This document shows positions 13,581-26,232 of a DNA stretch of 64,000 nt, in pieces. The first letter of the stretch is position 1, and every line of letters starts with the position of its first letter. Below the pieces are notes generated by a model that made no database searches, was not told the DNA's origin, and worked only from the letters and a program-made list of their open reading frames with translations. The DNA is from Macrostomum lignano (taxonomy: Eukaryota), in NCBI GenBank assembly GCA_002269645.1, contig NIVC01000059.1:1116001-1180000 (forward strand). Direction: 5' to 3'. The position numbers and the translations under genes were made by a program.

Positions 13581-14284
13581 CTAAAATCAGTTAGGAGCTA
13601 CTGTATATTCTGGCAATCCATCGCAGTGCTATTTGAGCGAGACTTTTTGCATTACACGAACGCACTTATTTTTGCAAGTCTTATATACCCTTTAGCTAAA
13701 TTTCTCACAAATCGCTCAGTTATCACGCGCCCTCTCTCAAATCTACATGGTGAAGTGAACTGGGGTCTTGTGTAGCTCGCATAAGCACACGCATGCATAG
13801 CCTTGCTTTCTACATCATAGCTCGAATGTACACCCTTAAATCTGTACCGTCTTGTGAGCTCCAACGAGCACAGCTGTGCAGCAAAGTAAATTGAGTTCCA
13901 GTGTTCCAGTCGTTTTGTTTGCATCCGAAATTCCTACTTACTGAGCAATAGAGAGAGAGGAGGGAGAGAGAGCGAAGCCAGAAAAGATGTCTGTTCGAAA
14001 GGAAGACAAGAGCTCAAAGATAGAAAGGACAGTCTGCAAGCCGCAGTGTCTGGCGCGTGCGTCTTGTGGCACTAGCAGAAAATGAGATTATTTAATTCGA
14101 GATGAGCCTGGAACAGGCGGAGGGGTTGCAGAGCAAGAGAGAGAAAAGCTACATAGGAAACTCTGAAGACATAATTCAATACGCTAAACTGTAAAGCTGT
14201 CTAGGAAGTCTGCATCAACGATGAGTGAGTACTGTCTAACTTGGGATCTTATGGGCCGTGCCTAAATTATTCGGGTACAAAAGA

Positions 14285-15056
<772 letters not shown>

Positions 15057-15372
15057 GTGCATGCTGTTGTCACACAAGTGACCCCAATGCCTTGGCCATT
15101 TAACTATTCGAGCGCAATCCAACTCCGCTCGGCAATTCCGTTTCCGATTGCTCTCCGGAAAATACTAAACTGTTGCCGAACGTGGAGCGCTTAGGCATTG
15201 AAAAATTGATGTTTGAAAAAAGTCTGAGCACTGAAGTAAAAACAATTTTATATACTTTATCAAGCTCCCTAGCTAGTATTTATTCTGTTTCCGCTTTGGA
15301 CAGGGTGGATTAGATGTTACTCGCAAGTGAGGAGAGATACAGCTTAGGGACTAAACTAGAGCGAGAGGCTGT

Positions 15373-15493
15373 ATGCTAGTCATGTCTGACTGGTATCTCC
15401 ACGAAGACTGCGACTATGATAGCTATGACAGCTGCTCAGAGCTGCCACTGGAGGGCCAGTGCATTGTTCTGGAGGGCTATCATTGTTCGGCAT
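15373..15493 (+). CDS. Candidate isolated coding exon (MLVMSDWYLHEDCDYDSYDSCSELPLEGQCIVLEGYHCSA), possibly a 5' exon of the synaptotagmin gene
   Basis: ATG, an open GC-richer frame and a strong donor GTGAGT at 15494 (phase 1). A phase-compatible but weak AG lies at 16748-16749, upstream of the 16773 ORF. Confidence 0.3.
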
Positions 15494-15628
15494 GTGAGTA
15501 GTTCTCCAGCTTTCCTTTTTTGGACGTCAGTGTGCTGTGGAACGTGAAACCGGCTTTGAGTTTTGGGATCGTTGATTATTAAATTGGTAGCTTTATTACA
15601 ACATTAATTGGTAGATTATAAACTTGGT

Positions 15629-16050
15629 TTCATGTTTGTCATCAGCTTCACCTGTTAATGTTGGTCATGAGCTACATGTCGGTCATGAGCTTCTTGTTGG
15701 TCAGAAGCTTCATGTTATTCATAAGCTTAATGTTGGTCATGAGCTTCATGTTGATCATAAGCTTCATGTTGGTTATTAGCTTCATGTTGGTCATAAGCTT
15801 CATGTTGGTCAGAAGCTTCATGTTGGTCATAAGCTTAATGTTGGTCATGAGCTTCATGTTGGTCATGAGCTTCATGTTGATCATAAGCTTTATGCTGGTC
15901 ATAAGCTTCATGTTGATCATAAGCTTTATGCTGGTCATAAGCTTCATGTTGGTCATGAGCTTCATGTTTGTCATAAGCTTCGTGTTGGTCATAAGATTCA
16001 TGTTGGACATGAGCTTCATATTGGTCATAAGCTTCATATTGGTCATTAGC
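15629..16050. repeat. 18-bp tandem minisatellite (TTCATGTTGGTCATAAGC)
   Basis: About 23 units. The 3n unit length explains the ORFs on both strands. Confidence 0.95.
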
Positions 16051-16772
16051 TATTATGGGTCATAAACGGATGATACGCAATCGCTTCAACATCGTTAAAT
16101 GATGCAAAAGGCATTATTTAAAGCGAATTTAATTTGCACTGCCAGCCTCTATAATTCCTCACCACTTGATAAAAAAGTATGAATGCATTTTAGTTTTTCT
16201 CATTTTCAATTTCTGTTAGCACTCGTAATGCTTTAACAGATGCATTTAAGAGCAGTCTAACAGAATTCAATGAACAGCTTCACATATTTTCACAAAGCGA
16301 ATTGCGCCTATTTTCCGAGAAAGCAGATTATCACGCGAACGTGCCTGTGCACTTTTTAGTCAGTAGGCTGTTTTTCTGGCATTCCGCTAAGGGCATCGAT
16401 GGCAGCAATGCATCCGCGCTATACTCAGCCAGCTAAGTGTATTCCCAGTGCTCAACTGTCTCTCCTTTTCCTCCTGCTCCGAGCAAATGCCCACCTTACC
16501 AAGGGCTCTCGCTTCTCTCCCCTCTCCTCTCTGTCTCTCTTTCTCCCTTCGGAGTGGCAGTGCCCTGGAACCAATCGCTTGAGCCTAATGCGGCCTCTAA
16601 TTTAGCCACCGAAAGCTGCATGCGTGCTTGTCTGACATGCACTACTGCCGACTGAAGTCGTTTCCAAGACGCAGATAGGCAGGATAACGCTCCCCACGGT
16701 ATATGCAGCTGAATACTTGCCGGAAGGTAACCGAGCAGTGGTGATGTAGCCAGCGACCAGGAAGTCAATTCG

Positions 16773-19700
16773 ATGGCTGTTTATGGCAGCTTGCTGCCCA
16801 CCAGCCTGCGAGCCCTGATCTCTTGTTGCTACGGCGATCGGGACGCCAGCGAAGTCGGCGGTTTTACGGCCGTTGGAAAAAACTGGCACCCGCTGACCCC
16901 GTCTGGTTGGCGAGAACTGCGTCGACAACGACCGCCAAGGACGCGGCGGCGATGCCACAGCAGCAGCGGCGGCGCTTTTGGCGGCGCCAGCGACGGAGGC
17001 GACAGCGACGACGAACTGTCGATGAGCAGCTGCGATGGCGGCGGCTGCGGTGAGGGAAAGTTTCCATTGACCACCGGATTTGAGATCAAACGTTCTGATG
17101 GTCAGTGGTCATATTAGACCGCTGGCTACAGGTCGACTGTTGTTGTTTTCGACTTTTAGATGTGTCCAAAGACCTTAAGTTATCTAACTCTTAAATTAAT
17201 ATACCTATGACCCTATTTAATCCGGCAGCTTGTACTTCGAAGTATTTAAGACGGCAGTTAACTATTCTACTTCGCTATTGCGTCGAGATTGCGTCGAGTG
17301 GAGCAAATTAAGCGCAAAGCTACTCACTCAGTGGCAGGGCGCTGGGACACTCGAACCTCGAGAAATCCCCCCCGACTACTCATTACCTTCCTAACGCTTA
17401 ATTAAGTGACGAGCCCAGAAATGCTGAAAAAAATACTAAAGAGGGACAAAAAGCAGAGGAGCAGACTGTCGAGAGTCGCATTGATAGGCATGGCAGTCAG
17501 AATGTACGGCTATACAATGACCTATTGCACATTCTTAATATTTCCAAAGCGCATATAGAAGCTACGATTCTAATTTCTCCGCATTTAAGAACAATCGAAT
17601 AGTACCCTATACCCAGACTGTTTAGCACAGTTTGCCAGTGCCAAGTGCCTCGTCGCGGGTTCATGGCAACCCCCCTTACCAATCTTGCAGGTGCCGCGGC
17701 TGCGGCAGCCGCTGCCGAGGATGCCGAGAGTCTGGACGGCGGATCTGGCGGCTTATTCGACTCCGTGGACGCCGATCGTACCCGGCGTCGACGCTCAAAG
17801 CCGACCGGTTCGGTTGCCGCGGCGTCGTCGAGTGCGTCGCCGTCGCCAGGCTCTGAGCAGCAGAGACGGCTGAGGCAGCTGCGGAGGTGCTGAATGAGCG
17901 TCTGAGATTAGCGATTGTTGAAATGAACTTGAGATTAGCTACATGTAGGATATATACTGTCCGTCAAAAGTTCCGGAACCCTTGCTACGATGTCTTCTAG
18001 CGGACATAATTTCAGTCCGTTTCAATTGTAACTTGATTCAAATGAAAGCTGCGGATCTCAGCTCCATGATGTGGTCAGAAAAAGTTTATTCGAAGGAGCG
18101 CGTGTGAACAGGCCAGTGTTATGTACATAAAGGTTAGAGAAAAAAAGTGAGAAAAAGACAAACAAGCAATTGTCTATGGTTGCTGAGTCTATGGAGCAAA
18201 CACACATGGGAAGGAATCGGTTTGCGCGCAGTGTTCAGCCTGGCTAACATTAGTCTATGGCCAAAACTTGTGTTGAAATCAACAGGCTCTTATGGATTCT
18301 TGTGCAGTCAGCTTTCATGGGAGAGTAAAAAAGAGTAAAAAACAATTGCTTGTTTGTCTTTTCCTCACTTTTTTTTCTCTAACCTTTATGTACATAACAC
18401 TGGCCTGTTCACACGCGCTCCTTCAAATAAACTTTTTCTTGACCACATCATGGAGCTGAGATCCGCAGCTTTCATTTGAATCAAGTTACAATTGAAACGG
18501 ACTGAAATTATGTCCGCTAGAAGACATCGTAGCAAGGGTTCCGGAACTTTTGACGGACAGTATATATATATAGATTAATGATCCAGTGCTATCAGAACTT
18601 AAAACTACTACCTCGAGGCTAGTTTTTCTGTTTATCTAATTTATCTAATTCACAATTTATCTGTAATACATTTCACTGATGACATTCGTGAATAACTTCC
18701 ACACTACAGACAACAGCAGCTAGCGGGAGCCTCGGCCACACCAACTACTAGTCCCTCGTCGCGTCGCTCCGCCGCCGGTGCCTCATCGCGTCTGTCGGCC
18801 ACGGACGAAGAAGCCGCCTCGGGTCTCGGCGGCAGCCCGCGCTCAACCACCAGGACACAGCAACGGCAGCCGAAGTCGCCGCTATCGACGCGGTCGAACG
18901 CGAGCGCCAATAAAAGCGATGGTCGTCGCAGCGGCGGCGCTGGCCGATCTGGCGGCGGCAGCGTCATTGAATCGATGCCGACACCGTCGCAGGTGTCCGA
19001 ACACCATAGTCATTCTCGACGTTCTACAGAAGCTGCGACGGCGGCGGCGGCGGCAGCGGCGGCGGTGGCAGCAGCGGAGGTGACTGATGTAGCTGACCCA
19101 ACGTTAGGCGCTGATTTTCAAAGCCGTCAATTAGCCGACGGTCTGCAAATCGAAGACTTCACTGACGGACCGCTGGACGAAAGCATCCTAGAAGCCTACG
19201 GAGTTGTTCGGGGCGGTCAGGAAGTGAGGAGACAGACCTTTTTTCTGTTACATACAGATGTTACTTTCAGAGCAAGTCTTTATTTACAATAAATTAATGT
19301 AAGAAGAGCACCACCTCCTGTGCTGACTACTGAGCACATGCAAGCACGCAGATACTGTACGCAGGCACGCACTCATACACACGTTCACACAGGGTGTACA
19401 CTGCAGTGGCCCTGACTTTCTAATCGAAAGGTATGTACACTCTCTGTACTTTGGGGGCTGGCCCGATCATCGGTGTTGAATCGCACGACAATCCCCATCA
19501 GACCAGCTTATTGTGCATACAAGCCTCTAATTAATGCAGTGGCCTGAATGAACGGAATTCAAACGGGGGGTCTGAGCTGCTCTGCCCATCCTACTCTGCA
19601 GGAAGTCAAAGGCCCAGTAGAGAAGGTCAGCAAAGTTCGCAAACTCGGAACGCTGGAGTCGTCTGTTAAATACGACAGCTCCCAGAAAGTTGTAACCGTG

Positions 19701-22316
19701 AAGATCATCCAGACTCACGAGCTTCCTCGACCGGGCACGTACGACTTCGGCGGCAAGCTGGGCACGAACCTGAAGTGGAACTCCATCCAAGTGACGCTCG
19801 CTCTGCTGCCGGAGAAAAAGCAGAGAAACAAGACAACGATTGCCAAGGGAGACAATCCGCAGTTTGATGAGACTTTCATGTTCACCAACATCTCTTCGGG
19901 TAAAGTTGAATATTGACTTTTGATAGTGCGGTCTTGTCTTGATTTTCATCATTGATTTTTCTTAGTGTCTTATTAAGTATTTGACCATTTCCACCGGGTT
20001 TAAAATGGCTACTCATAGTTGTTCGGCCGTGTCAGAAACTTGCCGTTCAGTAATTTACTTTGAATAAATTTCGCTTGTAGTTACTGAGGAGCTCAGCCGC
20101 AAAGAGCTTAGTCCTTGGGAAGCTTAATCCTTTGTCCAGGAGGAGCTTAATCCTTAGTTACGTTTGTTAAAATTCGTACGAGGTGTATATGAAGTATACG
20201 AGTTGTGTAATACACGAGGTGTGGACTACAAAAAACGGAGTTCGACTAAAACTTATCTACAGTAGTGTAAGTCTTCTTAAAGCATAGCTTCCCAGCTTTC
20301 ATATGAGGCAGACTAAAGTCCAAGCATCTATGTTTTCATAATTTTTTAAATCATTAGTTGGGAGGTCGAAGTGCAAAGTGCTTTGAGAGGCTGATGTTGA
20401 GGAAGCGCGGCGTGTTCGATGTGAACAATTGGAGAACGATGCATGCTGGCTGCATCGTGATAGTGCCACAGTGCAAAAGGCGATTCCAGTGAAGCAGATT
20501 TTGCTAAAGTCAGGTTGCAGAGTTGGGACCTCGTGTTGCTCACCCAATATTGGCACCGTGCGGTTTTTTTGAAACAAGTCCTCAAAGGAACAATTGATTT
20601 GAAGACTTAGAGTCCATCAAGCAGAGAATGACAAGGGTGCTAGCTAATACTAGCTAAGCGGCATCACAAAGGAAGGCTTCCAGAGCTGAATCATTAGCTG
20701 ACACCAACGATTGAAATTTTTGAAATTTAAAGCAAGTTCTTGTTTCTTTTTAATGACACTTTTCGCAGCATTTACTTCTGTGGCTCATATTCTAGCAGGT
20801 TTTCCAATATAAAATCACAAATATAAGACTAAATTATTAATTGCCTGACCCATCGGATTTGCAGTGGAATTCGGTCGACTTGGCATCCGTTTTCGCGCCT
20901 ACGGCTGTCAGCACAAGCGTCGCAAACTGCTCATGGCTGAGAACATTCTGGCGCTGGCGTCGTTGGCGTCGCCGAAGAACGAGACAATTCTTCATCTGCC
21001 ATTGGAGCTTCGGGCTGGAGATTATGCTAGACGGGTGAGGCATCCCAGCTGGTTGTTTGTACTAAAGTCGAATTTTGTTTCAGGTGCAACGCGTAGCATC
21101 AAGGTGTGGGAATTGTGCAAGATGGAGTCCAGCATTTACAATCTCATTGCCGATTGCTTCCATTCATCCTCACAGGGTTCTGAAGATGCCAAAGATGACG
21201 CTGACGAGTTGCAAGTGGACGGTTGGACGTCGTTAGGAGTCACCGGATTTCCGGAATTATTTGTTGGCATAACGTACAACGCCTCAACTGGTCAGCTAGC
21301 TACCGAGATTATCAAGGGCAGCTCGTTTAAGCTTCCTGGAATGTCCAGAACACCTGGTGAGTACGAATTCAAGATTCATTAATTTCGAATAACATGACTA
21401 CTTTTGATTAACAATTAAGATGCCTCATCAATTAAAACAAGGCAACTCATACTTTACTTCAGAAACGTACGTTAAAATATCTCTAATGGCGTCGAATGGT
21501 CACGTGCTATTCAAATCGAAGACAACTTCATCTGAGGGCACTCAGAACCCGATGTGGAAGGAGAACTTTGTATTTCCAGTCAACAAATTTCAGCTTACTG
21601 ACATGACCATTATGGTGGCCGTGTACGCTAAAAAGACTATGAATAGACGAGAAATCATTGGTTGGTTCTCTATCGGTAAGTTAAAGTGATTTTTTATGTA
21701 GATTATCACTAAATATAGATATTTAGAATTGTCACCAAAATGACCCATCACCAAAATGACCCGTCACCAAAGCGACCCGTCACCAAAATGACCCGTCACC
21801 AAAGCGACCCGTCACCAAAGCGACCCGTCACCAAAGTGACCCGTCACCAAAATGACCCGTCACCAAAGTGACCCGTCACCAAAGTGACCTGTCACCAAAA
21901 TGACCCGTCACCAAAATGACCCGTCACCAAATGACCCGTCACCAAAGTGACCCGTCACCAAAATGACCCGTCACCAAATGACCCGTCACCAAATTGACCC
22001 GTCACCAAAGCGACCCGTCACCAAAGTGACCCGTCACCAAAGTGACCCGTCACCAAAGTGACCCGTCACCAAAGCGATCCGTCACCAAAGTGACCCGTCA
22101 CCAAAATGACCCGTCACCAAAATGACTCGTCACTTGACGTCAGCTTGACGATGCCCAAAACCAACTGGACTGTCACAATGTATCCTACTTTCGTTCCAAA
22201 AAGGCTGCAACAACAGCGGAGAAGAGGAGCTGGCCCATTGGCAGGACATGAAAGACGCTCACGGCGAGCCGGTCCGTCGCTGGCATCGGCTTTTACAGAC
22301 TGACCTGAAATCCTAA
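16773..22316 (+). CDS. SYT14: Synaptotagmin-14/16-like tandem C2 protein; 8 exons, about 670 aa
   Basis: Exons 16773..17100, 17691..17886, 18710..19223, 19602..19899, 20865..21034, 21176..21356, 21463..21675 and 22204..22316; all phases are compatible (2013 nt). C2A VTLALLPEKKQRNKTTIAKGDNPQFDETFMF, C2B PELFVGITYNASTGQLATEIIKGSSFK...ETYVKISL, and C-terminal NNSGEEELAHWQDMK...VRRWH match the SYT14/16 class. The true 5' end is uncertain. Confidence 0.9.
17957..18560. mobile_element. Tc1/mariner-type MITE, 604 bp, in synaptotagmin intron 2
   Basis: Near-perfect inverted repeats 17957..18173 and 18342..18560 (end CTGTCCGTCAAAAGTTCCGGAAC) around a 168-bp spacer. Flanked on both sides by TA runs, consistent with a TA target site. 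Confidence 0.9.
21731..22133. repeat. 16-bp tandem minisatellite (GTCACCAAAATGACCC) in the last synaptotagmin intron
   Basis: About 25 units. Confidence 0.95.
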
Positions 22317-23022
22317 ACGAAGTACAATATATTCATAGAAACTCTTTTGTGGAACAAGGGAAATAATTACTGGCATCTTTCGCCGTGTTTAACTGCAGCA
22401 ATCGGTGCTCACCGGACGCGCACCCTCCTGTTCAGGAGACCTCGTTAACACTCTCTTTTCTTTTCCCGAAGCCGCTCTGTATTATTACTCAAATCTTTAT
22501 TATGATTACGTAATATTTTAATGCTATAATCTCTGATTGTCATGCACGTATTCGTTTCGGGTGAATATTTTTCGAATGCTGTATAATTTAGCTTGAAGCC
22601 GACAGTTCATTGTGGTATTATGCTGATTGCCAATCTAATTTAACCTTCTAAAATTATTCCCCATTGGCAATGCAACACAGTTGCCGGCAGTAAATGTCAG
22701 AGTTAAATTGTTTGTTCGACTGTATCAACGGTTAAAATATAAATTTAAATATCCGCGAAAAATATTTATTTACATTGTCATATGCGAAAACTAAAATGAT
22801 AATAATTATGATTAAACAGTTCCGCCTAGCTCAAAGAAATTATCAAGAAGACTAGAAGCGTTTTATAAATGGAAAACATTATTATCGTGGATAATGAACT
22901 TCATACTCGCGAAGTAGAGTCAACTGCATTGCATTAAGATTTAAACAAAATTCGAATTGACAGAAAGCCAATACTTTTAGTTAAACTACCACGCTAGTAA
23001 CATTAATAATTAATTAAACTCG

Positions 23023-23308
23023 CCCAATGGCCAGATGTGCAACCGACAGCTCAGCCGCAGCTATTGCGCGGCGCATCTGAAGGCTGCGTACGGCTGTTCA
23101 TTCTAAGGAGTGGGGGGTCGCCACACACACCCTCAATTACTCCAGCTAATGCTGGCACCCATTTTACAGCTGGGTGAACTGAAGCAATGCAGAGTTAAGT
23201 GTCTTGCTCAAGGACACAAATTGTTTCAAGTGGGATCGGGAATCGAACCCCCAACTACTCAGTCGTGAGTCCGGCGCTCTAACCACTAGGCTACAACTCC
23301 CTACACTA
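23023..23308 (-). mobile_element. tRNA-derived SINE with CORE-like body, copy 1
   Basis: Minus strand: GGGAGTTGTAGCCTAGTGGTTAGAGCG (A box) ... GGTTCGATTCCC (B box), then GTGTCCTTGAGCAAGACACTTAAC...CAGCTGTAAAATGGG. A second copy lies at 59421..59671. Confidence 0.9.
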
Positions 23309-23453
23309 GATCATACAAAAAAGAACTATCACTTTTACTGCAAGTAGAAAGATGCGATTTTTTAAAGTAAATTTCAAGAGAAACATTAAATTAATACAAC
23401 TATTATCACAGAAATCAACTCATGAGGTCTCATAGTCTGCATTTCGACAGAGC

Positions 23454-24209
23454 TTACTTTCTCCGTTCCAGAGTCCACCGGCCCCACTGACGGCTCTGCC
23501 CGGTGCCAGACAGGGTCCGGCGTCTTACCGGAGCGGAGGCGGGCATTTTTGAGTTTGCCAACAGCGAACCGCGTCGCAGAGGGTGCACAGAAAACAAAGC
23601 TGAACTGCCGAGATCGTACACCCCGACTGGCTGAAGGATCGCTGTCTCAGTCTCTGTCGCAGACAGCGAAGGTGACGAAGGTGCCGAGACGCCTCGACCG
23701 GCGCTGCCACCAATGCTTTGCTGCCGACTGCCGGAGGTTCGCCTCCAGCGGAGTTGCTGACAAGCCCGACTGTTCCCAGCGGTCATGGCGTCAGATCGGA
23801 CGCTGTCCAAGCGAATGCTAGCCATGGCGCTGTTGAGCACTCGCTCCAGCTCGCTCATTTCAGCATCCCTGGCACTAGGCTGTTGAGTAGTTGACAAAAG
23901 TTTCTGCGTTCGGTGCACCAGAGGCTGTTCCGTTGACGCCAAAGACGTCCCAGCAGCAACTTTGGCTTGGTTTTTGCGCACGGACGCCACGCTGCAACCG
24001 TCTCGAGATGCCGCGAGCGTCAGGCCACCGCTGCTGCCGCCAATTTGGTAGAATCGCTCAGTTCGACGATTGAAGCTAACGCCGATGTGGTGAGCATGAC
24101 GGCTAAGGCGAGACTGATTTGCTGGGCACAGACTGACTGTCACTTCGGTACGAGGTAATCTTTTTGAATCAGGGCCGCAAAGCTCTGATAATTGAGAGTT
24201 ATTGGCCAT
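23454..24209 (-). CDS. Ser/Arg/Gly-rich, probably disordered protein of unknown function (about 251 aa from ATG 24209)
   Basis: Long GC-rich ORF with host-like composition and an AAAATGG start context. The stop overlaps a GTAAGC donor at 23457, so a further 3' exon is possible. No domain recognised. Confidence 0.55.
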   Translation of the reverse strand: MANNSQLSELCGPDSKRLPRTEVTVSLCPANQSRLSRHAHHIGVSFNRRTERFYQIGGSSGGLTLAASRDGCSVASVRKNQAKVAAGTSLASTEQPLVHRTQKLLSTTQQPSARDAEMSELERVLNSAMASIRLDSVRSDAMTAGNSRACQQLRWRRTSGSRQQSIGGSAGRGVSAPSSPSLSATETETAILQPVGVYDLGSSALFSVHPLRRGSLLANSKMPASAPVRRRTLSGTGQSRQWGRWTLERRK

Positions 24210-24970
24210 TTTAGAAATCAACTTATTTGGACACAAAAATGACAGATTCACGTAAGACCAAGATCGTATTGCGAGAATTTTTCGCAACAAGCCGACGACG
24301 GGCGCTCCTATAAGATCGCGCGACACTCAGCTGTCCCAGCTGTAAAAACCGTTTTTCTCTCTTAGTAAACCAGTTGCCGGCTGCACATAAAAAGGCAGCT
24401 GTTAGTTTCATTGGAATCACAGAGGTGAACTGAATCTCTCACTCCTGGGCTTGGCAAGAAAGGCGTATTTTATACAAAAGCCGCATCATAGTTGGGGCAT
24501 GGAAGATAGAATAAAAACTTTTTTTGGGAGGAAAACTCCGCTCTGTTTGTTCGTGTGTCAAGCCCCGCTGTCTGTAATAATAATAAAACCAATACGCCTT
24601 CTACGGAGACGCGACGCAATGAATGAACGCCGGCACTGGGAGCGAGCAGCAGTAACGACTATATTTAGGAAACTGAGGTCAAAGCAATAACAGTGTGTCC
24701 ACTGCAATTCACTTGACTGGGAAGCAAAGGATTTGACTTTTTTCTGCTTTGAAAGGCCTGGCGGGAGGCATATACAGAGACTAGAGTGAAACACTTTGTT
24801 GCAAGAGGTTTCATGACAACCAGCGCGAGCTACTGCCCCCCCCCCCACCCCTGAAGGTCCGTTTAGGCCTGTACTGCAGTGTTTCTCGTACCAGCAGGAG
24901 ATCTCCGCACTGTGCATTCTAAACTGTAAATTAGGACAAAGTTGCAAAATACGTCTTCAGTTTTGGATTT

Positions 24971-26232
24971 TTGGTGCTGGCGCCCCTTGGTGCTGGCGCC
25001 CCTTGGTGCTGGCGCCCCTTGGTGCTGGCGCCCCTTGGTGCTGGCGCCCCTTGGTGCTGGCGCCCCTTGGTGCTGGCGCCCCTTGGTGCTGGCGCCCCTT
25101 GGTGCTGGCGCCCCTTGGTGCTGGCGCCCCTTGGTGCTGGCGCCCCTTGGTGCTGGCGCCCCTTGGTGCTGGCGCCCCTTGGTGCTGGCGCCCCTTGGTG
25201 CTGGCGCCCCTTGGTGCTGGCGCCCCTTGGTGCTGGCGCCCCTTGGTGCTGGCGCCCCTTGGTGCTGGCGCCCCTTGGTGCTGGCGCCCCTTGGTGCTGG
25301 CGCCCCTTGGTGCTGGCGCCCCTTGGTGCTGGCGCCCCTTGGTGCTGGCGCCCCTTGGTGCTGGCGCCCCTTGGTGCTGGCGCCCCTTGGTGCTGGCGCC
25401 CCTTGGTGCTAAAGCCCCTTGGTGCTAAAGCCCCTTGGTGCTAAAGCCCCTTGGTGCTAAAGCCCCTTGGTGCTAAAGCCCCTTGGTGCTGGCGCCCCTT
25501 GGTGCTAAAGCCCCTTGGTGCTGGCGCCCCTTGGTGCTGGCGCCCCTTGGTGCTAAAGCCCCTTGGTGCTGGCGCCCCTTGGTGCTAAAGCCCCTTGGTG
25601 CTAAAGCCCCTTGGTGCTAAAGCCCCTTGGTGCTAAAGCCCCTTGGTGCTAAAGCCCCTTGGTGCTAAAGCCCCTTGGTGCTAAAGCCCCTTGGTGCTAA
25701 AGCCCCTTGGTGCTAAAGCCCCTTGGTGCTAAAGCCCCTTGGTGCTAAAGCCCCTTGGTGCTAAAGCCCCTTGGTGCTAAAGCCCCTTGGTGCTAAAGCC
25801 CCTTGGTGCTAAAGCCCCTTGGTGCTAAAGCCCCTTGGTGCTAAAGCCCCTTGGTGCTAAAGCCCCTTGGTGCTAAAGCCCCTTGGTGCTAAAGCCCCTT
25901 GGTGCTAAAGCCCCTTGGTGCTAAAGCCCCTTGGTGCTAAAGCCCCATGGTGCTAAAGCCCCTTGGTGCTAAAGCCCCTTGGTGCTAAAGCCCCTTGGTG
26001 CTAAAGCCCCTTGGTGCTGGCGCCCCTTGGTGCTAAAGCCCCTTGGTGCTAAAGCCCCTTGGTGCTAAAGCCCCTTGGTGCTAAAGCCCCTTGGTGCTAA
26101 AGCCCCTTGGTGCTAGCAGAGCTACAGAGGGGGCGCCAGCTAAAAAGGGGGCGCCAGCTAAAGAGGGGGCGCCAGCTAAAGAGGGGGCACCAGCTAAAGA
26201 GGGGGCGCCAGCTAAAGAGGGGGCGCCAGCTA
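24971..26232. repeat. 16-bp minisatellite (TTGGTGCTGGCGCCCC / TTGGTGCTAAAGCCCC) followed by inverted related 18-bp units
   Basis: About 71 units at 24971..26116, then about 6 units of AAAGAGGGGGCGCCAGCT (reverse-complement-like) at 26125..26232. Confidence 0.95.

Noticed and set aside
18147-18338. 63-aa ORF
   Set aside because: It lies within the MITE arm and spacer, with no transposase similarity.
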